NCBI GenBank assembly: GCA_964413645.1
Contig: CAYPSA010000005.1
Coordinates: 2,820-66,819 of the forward strand
Length of the DNA stretch: 64,000 nt
Direction: 5' to 3'
Origin: an uncultured Gammaproteobacteria bacterium
Lineage (GTDB): Bacteria; Patescibacteriota; Microgenomatia; UBA1406; HO2-37-13b
The notes below the pieces were generated by a model. That model was not told where the DNA came from. It did no database searches and worked only from the letters and a program-made list of their open reading frames with translations. Below, one piece after another: positions 25,851 to 36,355 of the stretch. The translations under genes and the position numbers were made by a program. Each line of letters starts with the position of its first letter. Positions within the stretch are counted from its first letter, which is position 1.

Positions 25851-27158
25851 TTACGGAGTTGGAAATGCAGCGCACAATCTCTTGACTTCCTTATTTATTT
25901 CCTTAATTCTTTTATTCATAACAATTTCCGTTCGGAATTTTTTAAGCATAGCTTTTCGGTCTTCCTTGTCTTTTTGGAAAGGGTATTCTTTAACCTGTTC
26001 AATCACTTCAACAATCCACCCGGCAATTTTTTTCATCTCTCGTTCTTTCATACCTCGGGTGGTAATTGCTGGTGTACCAATTCGGACTCCCGATGGGTAA
26101 AATGGAGGATTTGGATCGTGGGGAACTGAGTTTCGATTGGTTACCATGCCGGCCAATTCAAGCGCTTCGGCTACGATGTTCCCGTATAAATTTAACGGAC
26201 GTAAATCTATAACCATTAAGTGATTATCGGTTCCACCCGTGGTGAGCGTTATTCCTTTTTTCACAAGCTCAGTCGAGAGTGTTTTGGCGTTCGTAACGAC
26301 TTGGTGAGCGTATTTTTTGTATGAAGGCTGTAAATCTTCTAACATAGCTACCGCAATACCAGCCGTCGTATTATCATGTGGTCCGCCCTGCAAACCCGGG
26401 AACACCGCCATGTCGATTTTTTTACCCATTTCCGGATCTTTTTTAAGTCCATTTTCAGTAACTAAAATCATTGCTCCTCGTGGTCCTCGCAGTGTTTTAT
26501 GCGTAGTCGTCATTACTACATCCGCATACGGAACAGGTGATGGATGTGCGCCTCCAGCCACAAGTCCGGCAATATGTGAAATATCAGCTAAGAAATATGC
26601 GCCTACGCTGTCGGCAATTTTTTTCCAAGCTGCCCAATCAAACACTCGGGGGTAGGCAGTTGTTCCAACAACAATAATCTGAGGTTTTTCCTTTTTAGCA
26701 AGCTTAGTAACTTCTTCGAGGTCGATAATTCCATTTTCATCTACATCGTATTGAACGGACGTGAAATATTTCCCTGAGAACGTAATATCCGGATGTCCAT
26801 GAGTTAAGTGTCCACCAGGTCGAAGTGCAAGTCCCATGATTTTGTCTTTAGGCTTGAGTAGAGCGAAATATATTGCGCTGTTTGCTGGAGAACCGGAGTA
26901 CGGCTGCACGTTTACATGGGGAACGCCAAAAAGTTTTTTTGCCCGTTCCATAGCGAGTGTTTCGATTCCATCAATGTATTTGTTTCCCTGGTAATACCTT
27001 GCACCAGAGTATCCTTCTGAATACTTATTGGTGAGTACGGAGGAGAGTGTACTGCGCACTTCTTTTGATGCATAATTTTCCGAAGGAATAAGCATGAGTG
27101 TTTCGTTTTGTCTGCGGGTTTCTTTGCGAATAAGGTCTGCAATCTGGGAATCTTTCAT
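25851..27158 (-). CDS. glyA: Serine hydroxymethyltransferase
   Basis: 435 aa. LIPSENY, the PLP-Lys motif VVMTTTHKTLRGPRG, and GGTDNHLMVIDL are present. Confidence 0.95.
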   Translation of the reverse strand: MKDSQIADLIRKETRRQNETLMLIPSENYASKEVRSTLSSVLTNKYSEGYSGARYYQGNKYIDGIETLAMERAKKLFGVPHVNVQPYSGSPANSAIYFALLKPKDKIMGLALRPGGHLTHGHPDITFSGKYFTSVQYDVDENGIIDLEEVTKLAKKEKPQIIVVGTTAYPRVFDWAAWKKIADSVGAYFLADISHIAGLVAGGAHPSPVPYADVVMTTTHKTLRGPRGAMILVTENGLKKDPEMGKKIDMAVFPGLQGGPHDNTTAGIAVAMLEDLQPSYKKYAHQVVTNAKTLSTELVKKGITLTTGGTDNHLMVIDLRPLNLYGNIVAEALELAGMVTNRNSVPHDPNPPFYPSGVRIGTPAITTRGMKEREMKKIAGWIVEVIEQVKEYPFQKDKEDRKAMLKKFRTEIVMNKRIKEINKEVKRLCAAFPTP

Positions 27159-27164
27159 GGGGAT

Positions 27165-27193
27165 ACTATAAATGAGTCAAAATTGTTTTGCAA
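27165..27193 (-). promoter_or_regulatory. Promoter TTGCAA-17-TATAGT, 6 nt upstream of glyA ATG (leaderless-type)
   Basis: Minus strand reads TTGCAAaacaattttgactcattTATAGTatccccATG. Confidence 0.55.
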
Positions 27194-27204
27194 GGATTAA
27201 TTAA

Positions 27205-27335
27205 TTCGACCCATTACTCCTTCGGGACCGCTCGCCGCCCGCTCGCTGTGTGAAACTCCTCGATTTCATAAGTCAACATTCTGAAGTTGGCACATCCTCG
27301 TCGTTTCAAACTCCCTCAGGAATAACTGGGTCGAA
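27205..27335. repeat. 131-bp intergenic element with imperfect 16-17-bp terminal inverted repeats
   Basis: 5' end TTCGACCCATTACTCC versus 3' end GGAATAACTGGGTCGAA (reverse complement TTCGACCCAGTTATTCC). Internal AAACTCC(T/C)TC motifs also occur. It lies between the divergent glyA and trpS promoters. Confidence 0.4.
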
Positions 27336-27371
27336 GCATCCCCTATATGTGTGTAAAGTCATGTATCGGTG

Positions 27372-27380
27372 TGTTACAAT
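27372..27380 (+). promoter_or_regulatory. Extended -10 box (TGtTACAAT) 6 nt upstream of trpS ATG
   Basis: Sequence is gTGtTACAATactttcATG. Confidence 0.5.
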
Positions 27381-27386
27381 ACTTTC

Positions 27387-28388
27387 ATGAAAGTGAAACG
27401 TATCTTCTCGGGAATTCAGCCATCGGGTACTTTGCATATCGGAAACTACTTAGGGGCAATTAAACAGTGGGTGAATTTGCAAGACACATCTAAAGAATAC
27501 GAATTGCTTTTCTGTATTGTCGATTTACACGCAATTACTGTACAACAGGATCCCCAGCAGCTTCGAAAAAATATTCGAGAACTTGCTGCCATATATATTG
27601 CATCGGGAATTGATCCGGACGTGTCAAAATTGTTTGTGCAGTCGGAAAATAGCGATCATGCCTATTTGGCTTGGATCTTTGATTGTATAACTCCCATGGG
27701 TTGGATGGAACGCATGACTCAATATAAAGACAAGAGTGCCAAGCAAGGAGAGCGAACATCTGTTGGGCTATTTAATTACCCCGTTTTAATGGCTGCCGAC
27801 ATTTTATTGTATGATCCCGATCTTGTTCCAGTTGGCGACGATCAAAAGCAGCATATTGAACTTGCACGTGACATCGCAGAAAAATTTAATACTAAATATT
27901 CACCAACGTTTAAATTGCCGCAGATTTATAACCAACCCCAAACCGCACGAGTCATGAGTCTGCAAAATCCGCTAGCTAAAATGAGTAAATCAACCATTGA
28001 TCCTTCGGGAACTATTGGAATGCTTGATTCTACGGATGAGATTGTAAAAAAAATTAAGCGAGCTGTTACCGACTCGGGAACAGATATTGTCTCGGGAACC
28101 GACAAGCCAGCAATGACTAATTTACTCGGTATTTATAGTGGATTTTCAGGCATGACGGTTAAGGATATTGAAAAGAAATATGTCGGGGCAACGTACAGCG
28201 TATTTAAAGAAGATTTGGCACAGGTTGTAACAGAAGGTCTGGGTAAATTCCAACAATTGTATACAGAAGTTCGTACGAACGAGACAGTCCTCGATAGAGT
28301 TTTGAATGATGGATTACGTCACGCAACGGCAATTTCAAATAAGAAAGTTGAAGTCGTTAAAAAACTTGTGGGGCTGGCTCGTTCATAA
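27387..28388 (+). CDS. trpS: Tryptophanyl-tRNA synthetase
   Basis: FSGIQPSGTLHIGNYLGA (HIGH), GDDQKQHIEL, and KMSKS (LAKMSKST). Bacterial TrpRS size. Start placed at ATG 27387 (MKVKRIF). Confidence 0.92.
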   Translation: MKVKRIFSGIQPSGTLHIGNYLGAIKQWVNLQDTSKEYELLFCIVDLHAITVQQDPQQLRKNIRELAAIYIASGIDPDVSKLFVQSENSDHAYLAWIFDCITPMGWMERMTQYKDKSAKQGERTSVGLFNYPVLMAADILLYDPDLVPVGDDQKQHIELARDIAEKFNTKYSPTFKLPQIYNQPQTARVMSLQNPLAKMSKSTIDPSGTIGMLDSTDEIVKKIKRAVTDSGTDIVSGTDKPAMTNLLGIYSGFSGMTVKDIEKKYVGATYSVFKEDLAQVVTEGLGKFQQLYTEVRTNETVLDRVLNDGLRHATAISNKKVEVVKKLVGLARS

Positions 28389-28400
28389 GCTACTACTTTT

Positions 28401-30989
28401 ATGAAAAAGTATATTCCAAAAGATATAGAACCCGCGATTACAGCCCAATGGGAATCTGAAGGTACATATAAAGCTCCTACAACTCCCGCCGGGCAGAGCC
28501 CTCTGGGCGGCGCCAAAGCCTATACATTAGTTATGTTTCCATATCCATCTGGGGCCGGTCTTCACACTGGTCACGCCCGTGTATATACAGGTACCGATGT
28601 TCTTGCGCGATACCATCGAATGAAAGGGGAATCGGTTTTGCACCCAATGGGTTGGGATGCATTTGGATTACCCGCAGAAAATGCTGCAATCAAACTCAAA
28701 AAGAATCCAATAGATATTGTTCCTCAGAATATCGCAAACTTCAAACAGCAAATGCAGCGAATTGGACTTTCGTATGATTGGTCTAAGGAATTTTCCACAA
28801 CAGATCCGTCGTACTATCAATGGACTCAATGGTTGTTTATTCAGTTTTTCAAAATGGGTTTACTTTACAAAAAAGAAACTCCTATCTTTTACTGCCCAAG
28901 TTGTAAAACAGGTTTAGCGCTGGAAGAGGTATTAGGTGACGGCACGCACGAGCGCTGCGGAAATACGGTTGAAGAACGAACGCTGCCGCAGTGGATATTC
29001 CGAATCACCAAATACGCAGATGATTTGCTTGCCGATCTTGACGGTCTTGATTGGCCTGCAGGAATTTTGCAGATGCAACGAAATTGGATTGGGAAAAAAG
29101 AAGGTATGGTTATTCATCACCAGGTCGAAGGATTCGACTATGTTTTAGATACGTTTACTGCTTATCCTGCCTGGAGTTTTGCCGATACATATATTGCTAT
29201 CGCTCCCGAGCACCCATTAGTACACGACTTGTTAGAAAGTGGGTCGAGCCCAGAGGTAGCTAAGTACGTTAGCGACATTCGCTCCATTCCAGCCGACGAG
29301 CGCGCAGCGAACAAAGAAAAAACCGGCGTGTTTACCGGACTTTATGCAATAGATCCGTTCAGACCAACCGAAAAAATGCCCATTTGGATTGCGAGCTTTG
29401 CCCTTATGACATTTGGCACCGGAGCGATCCGATGTTCGGCTCACGATGTTCGCGATGTTGAATTTGCAAAAAAGTACAATATTCCATTGCGTGAAGTGGT
29501 AAAGAGTCAAACAGATACTCCGGTAAACGCCCATGAAGGAAGTGGAGTATTGCTCGACTCGGGTCCATTCACCGGAAAAGATGTTTCTACAATTTCTGAT
29601 GAATTTATTGAATGGACTATTAAAGAAAATATCGGTGAAAAGAAAACGTCATATCACCTGCGAGATTGGGTTTTTTCGCGACAGCGCTACTGGGGAGAAC
29701 CAATTCCCATGGTGTTTTGCCAGTCTTGTGCGGAGGATAAAATATCATATTGGTCAACAGTTGAAAATGCGCAAAACTTATATCCAAATAATATTAAAGT
29801 GGCTCAAAAGATATCAGAATTTGTGATCGAAATTGAAGATTCTTTGCACGGTTGGTTCCCATTATCCGACGATCAGTTACCTTTAACGCTTCCGTATGTC
29901 GATTCATACGAGCCAACCGAATCAGGGCAATCTCCGCTTTCTCAAATGCCCGAATTCGTAAATACGACTTGCCCACATTGTAAAAAGCCAGCCACCCGAG
30001 AAACCGATACCATGCCAAACTGGGCAGGGAGTTGTTGGTACTTTTTATACTTTGCTCGGGGCAATGATTTTTCAACAGAAACTAAACCATCCCTACAAGC
30101 TTGGAATGACCTCATCAAACCGTCAGCAACGGCATGGAATCCAGTTGACTGGTACATTGGTGGGGCTGAGCATGCGGTGCTTCATTTGCTGTATTCACGC
30201 TTTTGGATAAAAGCCCTACGTGACATTGGCCTTGTTGATTTTAAAGAACCATTTAGTCGACTACGTAATGTTGGTATGGTGCTTGCAAGCGACAGTCGTA
30301 AGATGAGTAAGTCGTTTGGGAATGTAATTAACCCTAATGACGTTATCGATGAATTCGGTGCTGACACATTACGGGTATACGAAATGTTCATGGCGCCCTT
30401 TGGACAAGAAGTGGCTTGGTCAACGGCTGCAATGCAAGGTGCGTATCGTTTCATAAGTAGGGTCTGGCACTTATACTACTCTTCTGCTAAGTTCGCTAAA
30501 TCACCGGTACACGCATCTAAAACATTAGACGCAGAGCTTCAAAGTGTTATTTCAACAATAGATTCAGATATTACGAACGTGAAATTCAATACGTGTATTT
30601 CTTCATTAATGAAATTTTTGAACCTGTGGGAAGAATCGAAAGACGATATCCTAAGTATACGCGGGGCCCAAGATTTCTTAAAGTTACTCGCTCCATTTGC
30701 TCCATACATGACTGATCATATTTGGCGCGATATCTTTGGACATAAAGACAGTATTCATACTTCTCCATGGCCTCAAAAGGATGAATCGCTTACCCTCGAA
30801 AAGCAGATAACGATCGCAATTCAAGTACAGGGTAAAGTCCGAGGTACGGTGAGCATGCAAGCCGCACACGCAACGCAAGAAAAAGTATTAGCTGAAGCCC
30901 TAAAACTTGAGCGGGTTCATGAACACTTGGCGGGTAAAGAGTACAAAGTAATTTATGTTGCGGGGAGAGTTATGAACTTTGTGATATAA
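28401..30989 (+). CDS. leuS: Leucyl-tRNA synthetase
   Basis: 862 aa. PYPSGAGLHTGHARVYT (HIGH), CP1 editing domain, zinc-finger Cys pairs, and RKMSKSFGN (KMSKS). Confidence 0.95.
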   Translation: MKKYIPKDIEPAITAQWESEGTYKAPTTPAGQSPLGGAKAYTLVMFPYPSGAGLHTGHARVYTGTDVLARYHRMKGESVLHPMGWDAFGLPAENAAIKLKKNPIDIVPQNIANFKQQMQRIGLSYDWSKEFSTTDPSYYQWTQWLFIQFFKMGLLYKKETPIFYCPSCKTGLALEEVLGDGTHERCGNTVEERTLPQWIFRITKYADDLLADLDGLDWPAGILQMQRNWIGKKEGMVIHHQVEGFDYVLDTFTAYPAWSFADTYIAIAPEHPLVHDLLESGSSPEVAKYVSDIRSIPADERAANKEKTGVFTGLYAIDPFRPTEKMPIWIASFALMTFGTGAIRCSAHDVRDVEFAKKYNIPLREVVKSQTDTPVNAHEGSGVLLDSGPFTGKDVSTISDEFIEWTIKENIGEKKTSYHLRDWVFSRQRYWGEPIPMVFCQSCAEDKISYWSTVENAQNLYPNNIKVAQKISEFVIEIEDSLHGWFPLSDDQLPLTLPYVDSYEPTESGQSPLSQMPEFVNTTCPHCKKPATRETDTMPNWAGSCWYFLYFARGNDFSTETKPSLQAWNDLIKPSATAWNPVDWYIGGAEHAVLHLLYSRFWIKALRDIGLVDFKEPFSRLRNVGMVLASDSRKMSKSFGNVINPNDVIDEFGADTLRVYEMFMAPFGQEVAWSTAAMQGAYRFISRVWHLYYSSAKFAKSPVHASKTLDAELQSVISTIDSDITNVKFNTCISSLMKFLNLWEESKDDILSIRGAQDFLKLLAPFAPYMTDHIWRDIFGHKDSIHTSPWPQKDESLTLEKQITIAIQVQGKVRGTVSMQAAHATQEKVLAEALKLERVHEHLAGKEYKVIYVAGRVMNFVI

Positions 30990-31001
30990 TTTCTGCAGCC
31001 T

Positions 31002-32279
31002 ATGAAAACTCACATAAAAAAACTCCCTAATGATCTTAATACAATAGTTGTCGATACCGAAGCTTTTCCATCAGTTACGGCACTCTTACTTGTTGGAGCC
31101 GGTTCACGATACGAGCATGCGCAAAACAATGGTATCGCACATTTTTTCGAACACATGGCTTTTAAGGGTTCAAAAAAATATCCAAACGCATTTGCCTTAG
31201 CATCTATCGTCGAGGGTTTAGGTGGAGCATTTAATGCATTTACTTCCCAAGACCATACGGGCTATTATATTAAAGCGCCAAGCGAACATTTTGAAACGAT
31301 AACTGATGTAATCGCCGACATGATCCAGCGTCCAAATCTCGACAAAGAAGAAATTGAACGAGAAAAGGGAGTTATTGTGGAAGAGATCAATATGTATGAA
31401 GATATGCCGCAACGTAAGGTCTTTGAACTCTTCGAAGGTCTTCTGTATCAAGGTAATCCACTCGGATTTGATATTGCAGGAAGCAAGGAAACGGTCATGA
31501 GTTTTGATCGCGCAACATTCACCGATTACATTGGCGACTTTTATTATCCTTCAAATGCGGTCTTTGTAGCGGCTGGTGGGTTTGCTGGATTGAACGCACA
31601 AGAAATCATTGATCAAAAGTTTTCTGGTTGGAAGAACGGTAAAGCGGGAATGTATTTACCCGTAATCGAGAATCAAACAGCTCCTCAGACGCTTTTTAGA
31701 AGCAAGAAAACAGAACAGGCACATCTATGTATAGGTTTTAGAGCTTTTTCGTATGAAGATCCACGCCGATTTGCACTGCAAGTGCTGTCTGCAATACTGG
31801 GTAAGGGTATGGCGTCTCGGCTTTTCATGGAAGTCCGCGAACGACGTGGGCTTGCGTATCATATAAGTACTTATACCGACTTTTATTCCGACACTGGTAC
31901 TATTGTAACTCATGCGGGAATTCGCGCCGACGAAAAACAAGTTCTGGAATCGATTAAAGTTATCCTGAACGAACATTCCAAGATACTTGAGGGGAGTATA
32001 ACTGATGAAGAAATCGCACGTGTAAAAGAACTGATTAAAGGCGGACTCATTCTTTCTCTTGAAGACTCATTTAATGTTGCTTCCTTTTATGGAAAACGTT
32101 TACTTATGCAAAAAGACATTATCTCTCCGGAAGAATTGATCAGAAAAATTGAAGCAGTAACCAAAGAAGAAGTGGTCGCAGTTGCAAAAGATGTGTTTGT
32201 AAACAGTGGACTCAACATGTCGCTCATTGCGCCGTTCAAAGACAAAGCTCCGTTTGAAAAAGCCCTTCGAATCGGGTAA
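31002..32279 (+). CDS. M16 family (pitrilysin/insulinase-like) zinc peptidase
   Basis: 425 aa. Inverted zincin motif HFFEHMAFKGS (HxxEH) plus a downstream Glu (EREKGVIVEEI). Confidence 0.85.
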   Translation: MKTHIKKLPNDLNTIVVDTEAFPSVTALLLVGAGSRYEHAQNNGIAHFFEHMAFKGSKKYPNAFALASIVEGLGGAFNAFTSQDHTGYYIKAPSEHFETITDVIADMIQRPNLDKEEIEREKGVIVEEINMYEDMPQRKVFELFEGLLYQGNPLGFDIAGSKETVMSFDRATFTDYIGDFYYPSNAVFVAAGGFAGLNAQEIIDQKFSGWKNGKAGMYLPVIENQTAPQTLFRSKKTEQAHLCIGFRAFSYEDPRRFALQVLSAILGKGMASRLFMEVRERRGLAYHISTYTDFYSDTGTIVTHAGIRADEKQVLESIKVILNEHSKILEGSITDEEIARVKELIKGGLILSLEDSFNVASFYGKRLLMQKDIISPEELIRKIEAVTKEEVVAVAKDVFVNSGLNMSLIAPFKDKAPFEKALRIG

Positions 32280-32289
32280 TCTTGAAGGT

Positions 32290-33054
32290 ATGTTTGCCCT
32301 GCTTTATATTGGAATTCTAGGATTGTGCATTGGTTCATTTTTAAATGTCCTCATTGACCGACTTTCTAACGAACAGGGAATTGGAGGACGTTCTCATTGT
32401 GATCATTGCAATAAGCAGCTCCATGCGCGCGATCTAATACCAGTGCTCTCATATATGTTCACCGGTGGGAAATGTCGATATTGCCATAAACATATTTCTT
32501 TCTACTATCCAATTGTAGAAATAATCACGTCTGTGGTTTTTGTTACAGTGTATTTTGCATTTATTCCAAGTAGTTTCTCTTTGCTAATCGCAAATCTAAT
32601 TATTGCTTCAAGTCTCATCGTAATCTTTTTTGCCGATCTTAAGTATCATATTATTCCCGATGAAGCTTCAATCGCTCTCATGGTTGGTGCCTTAATACGA
32701 CTTGCACCTTCTGTAATGTCTCTTGCGCAGCTGCATGCACCAATCATCGCCGCTACCGCTCTTGTTCTTACGCTTCTTTTCTTTTTCCTTGTCACCAAAG
32801 GTCGGGGAATGGGGTTGGGCGATGTAAAACTGGCGTTTCCCATGGGTTTTTTATTGGGGCTTGAGGGCGGATTTTTGGCACTGTATGTTGCTTTTGTAAT
32901 GGGTGGAATTGTCGGACTGGCCCTTTTACTGCTAGGAAAGAAGGGATTAAAAAGTAAGTTACCCTTTGGCCCTTTCTTAGTTTTAGGCACGATTTTGATT
33001 TTGACTGTTGGTGAGCCTATCCGAATGTTTTTCCATAATCTTTTTGGAATATAA
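32290..33054 (+). CDS. pilD: Type IV prepilin peptidase (A24 family), with Zn-binding Cys motifs
   Basis: LGLCIGSFLNVLIDRL, CDHCNKQL...CRYCHKHI, catalytic Asp regions (FFADLKYHIIPD; GMGLGDVKL). ATG at 32290. Confidence 0.88.
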   Translation: MFALLYIGILGLCIGSFLNVLIDRLSNEQGIGGRSHCDHCNKQLHARDLIPVLSYMFTGGKCRYCHKHISFYYPIVEIITSVVFVTVYFAFIPSSFSLLIANLIIASSLIVIFFADLKYHIIPDEASIALMVGALIRLAPSVMSLAQLHAPIIAATALVLTLLFFFLVTKGRGMGLGDVKLAFPMGFLLGLEGGFLALYVAFVMGGIVGLALLLLGKKGLKSKLPFGPFLVLGTILILTVGEPIRMFFHNLFGI

Positions 33055-33089
33055 CAAAATAGGTCATTGTTTTTTTGCCATTCTCGCGG

Positions 33090-33095
33090 TACAAT
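33090..33095 (+). promoter_or_regulatory. -10 box TACAAT 6 nt upstream of ndk ATG
   Basis: Sequence is gcggTACAATacccgtATG. Confidence 0.45.
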
Positions 33096-33101
33096 ACCCG
33101 T

Positions 33102-33683
33102 ATGAAAGAACAAACACTCGTAATTCTAAAACCCGATGCCGTAGCACGTGGCCTTATTGGCGACATCGTTTCTCGTTTTGAAAAAGTTGGGCTTAAAATG
33201 GTCGCCGCACGACTCGTTCATGCTGATCGTGAACTTGCCGACAAGCATTACCCAGTTACTCGAGAAGAATTCATTAAAGGTATGGGTGGAAAAACTGTTG
33301 AAAACTACGAAAAATTAGGTGTCGATTTGGTTAAGGAACTTGGTACCAGCGATCCGCTAGAAATTGGGAAAATGATTCGAGAATGGTTGGCCGACATGAT
33401 TACCAGCGGACCTGTATTTGCATTTGTCCTAGAAGGACCTCATGCGGTGGAACTTGTTCGAAAAATTTGTGGACATACACTTCCTCTTATGTCTGCTCCA
33501 GGAACAATCCGAGGAGACTATTCATTTGATTCGTCATACTTAGCAAATACCGCAAAACGACCTATCAAAAACTTAATTCATGCTTCAGGAAATGAAGAAG
33601 AAGCTAAGTATGAAATTCCATTGTGGTTTTCGAAGGAAGAAATTCTTTCATATACAAGAACTGACGAAGGAATGATGAAGTAA
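33102..33683 (+). CDS. ndk: Nucleoside diphosphate kinase (with about 40-aa internal insertion)
   Basis: TLVILKPDAVARGLIGDIVSRFEKVGLKMVAARL and the active-site His in NLIHASGNEEEA. At 193 aa it is longer than the usual ~140-150 aa. Confidence 0.88.
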   Translation: MKEQTLVILKPDAVARGLIGDIVSRFEKVGLKMVAARLVHADRELADKHYPVTREEFIKGMGGKTVENYEKLGVDLVKELGTSDPLEIGKMIREWLADMITSGPVFAFVLEGPHAVELVRKICGHTLPLMSAPGTIRGDYSFDSSYLANTAKRPIKNLIHASGNEEEAKYEIPLWFSKEEILSYTRTDEGMMK

Positions 33684-33710
33684 TTTTTCGTTTTTTTAAT
33701 CTTTTTATAC

Positions 33711-33814
33711 ACTCCGCTCGATACCGTGTTTGTCGACTCGAGTGAAGAGTTGTTTCACGTTCCTGCCTGCCGGCAGGCAGGCCAACTCGTCTCCAAACAG
33801 ATATCTCGCGCCGT
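33711..33814. repeat. ~105-bp intergenic element, copy 2 (same conserved ends as 11012-11116)
   Basis: ACTCCGCTCGATACC at 33711-33725 and CAGATATCTCGCGCCGT at 33798-33814. The interior carries a perfect 20-bp palindrome. It lies between the convergent ndk and atpC genes. Confidence 0.6.
33762..33781. terminator. Perfect 20-bp GC-rich palindrome (CCTGCCTGCC/GGCAGGCAGG); candidate bidirectional terminator hairpin
   Basis: Self-complementary 10+10 bp with no loop spacer, located between convergent genes. There is no flanking U-tract, so terminator function is uncertain. Confidence 0.35.
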
Positions 33815-33830
33815 GAGAATGATAGAGGAT

Positions 33831-34094
33831 TTATATCCGAACAACGTCAATTCCTAGGAAGATATTTACTTCATTATTTAACACCTCAATAATGCCCGAA
33901 TCGATGGTAAATTCTTTTTTTTCCTGTCCCTTATTATTAACCGTAATTGATTTTTTTATAATCGAGATAAACTGAGTGTGATATGGAAGTACATCAAAAA
34001 CTCCACGTTCGTTAAAAGTTGTGATTGACTCAGCTTGCCCTTCGTACACAATTTTATCTGCATCATGAATTGTAACCTTAAGCGAAGTATCCAT
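33831..34094 (-). CDS. atpC: F-type ATPase epsilon subunit (beta-sandwich domain only)
   Basis: 87 aa, last gene after atpD. LKVTIHDADKIVYEGQAESITTFNERGVFDVLPYHTQFISI fits the epsilon N-terminal domain. The C-terminal helical hairpin is absent. Confidence 0.75.
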   Translation of the reverse strand: MDTSLKVTIHDADKIVYEGQAESITTFNERGVFDVLPYHTQFISIIKKSITVNNKGQEKKEFTIDSGIIEVLNNEVNIFLGIDVVRI

Positions 34095-34095
34095 A

Positions 34096-36353
<2,258 letters not shown>

Positions 36354-36355
36354 GG

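Noticed and set aside
25845-26129. 94-aa plus-strand ORF immediately downstream of the RHS-like toxin, considered as an immunity gene
   Set aside because: It lies entirely antisense to the well-supported glyA C-terminus, and its Phe/Asn-rich sequence looks like antisense noise. It has no independent start signal.
27194-27386. T-box or other riboswitch leaders upstream of trpS (also considered for tyrS at 2344-2460 and leuS at 28389-28400)
   Set aside because: No T-box consensus (AANNNGGGTGGNACCGCG-like) or specifier/antiterminator architecture is present. The -10 boxes sit 6 nt from the ATGs, leaving no leader. leuS is only 12 nt from the trpS stop.
32206-33113. ORF-track N-terminal extensions (pilD from 32206, ndk from 33075, rplA from 23625, nusG from 22578, secE from 22367, tyrS to 2421, atpD to 35493) and the antisense ORF 32646-33113
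   Set aside because: The extensions overlap the upstream gene or the promoter boxes and encode non-conserved residues. Internal ATGs give canonical N-termini right after the upstream stop or -10 box. ORF 32646-33113 is antisense to pilD.
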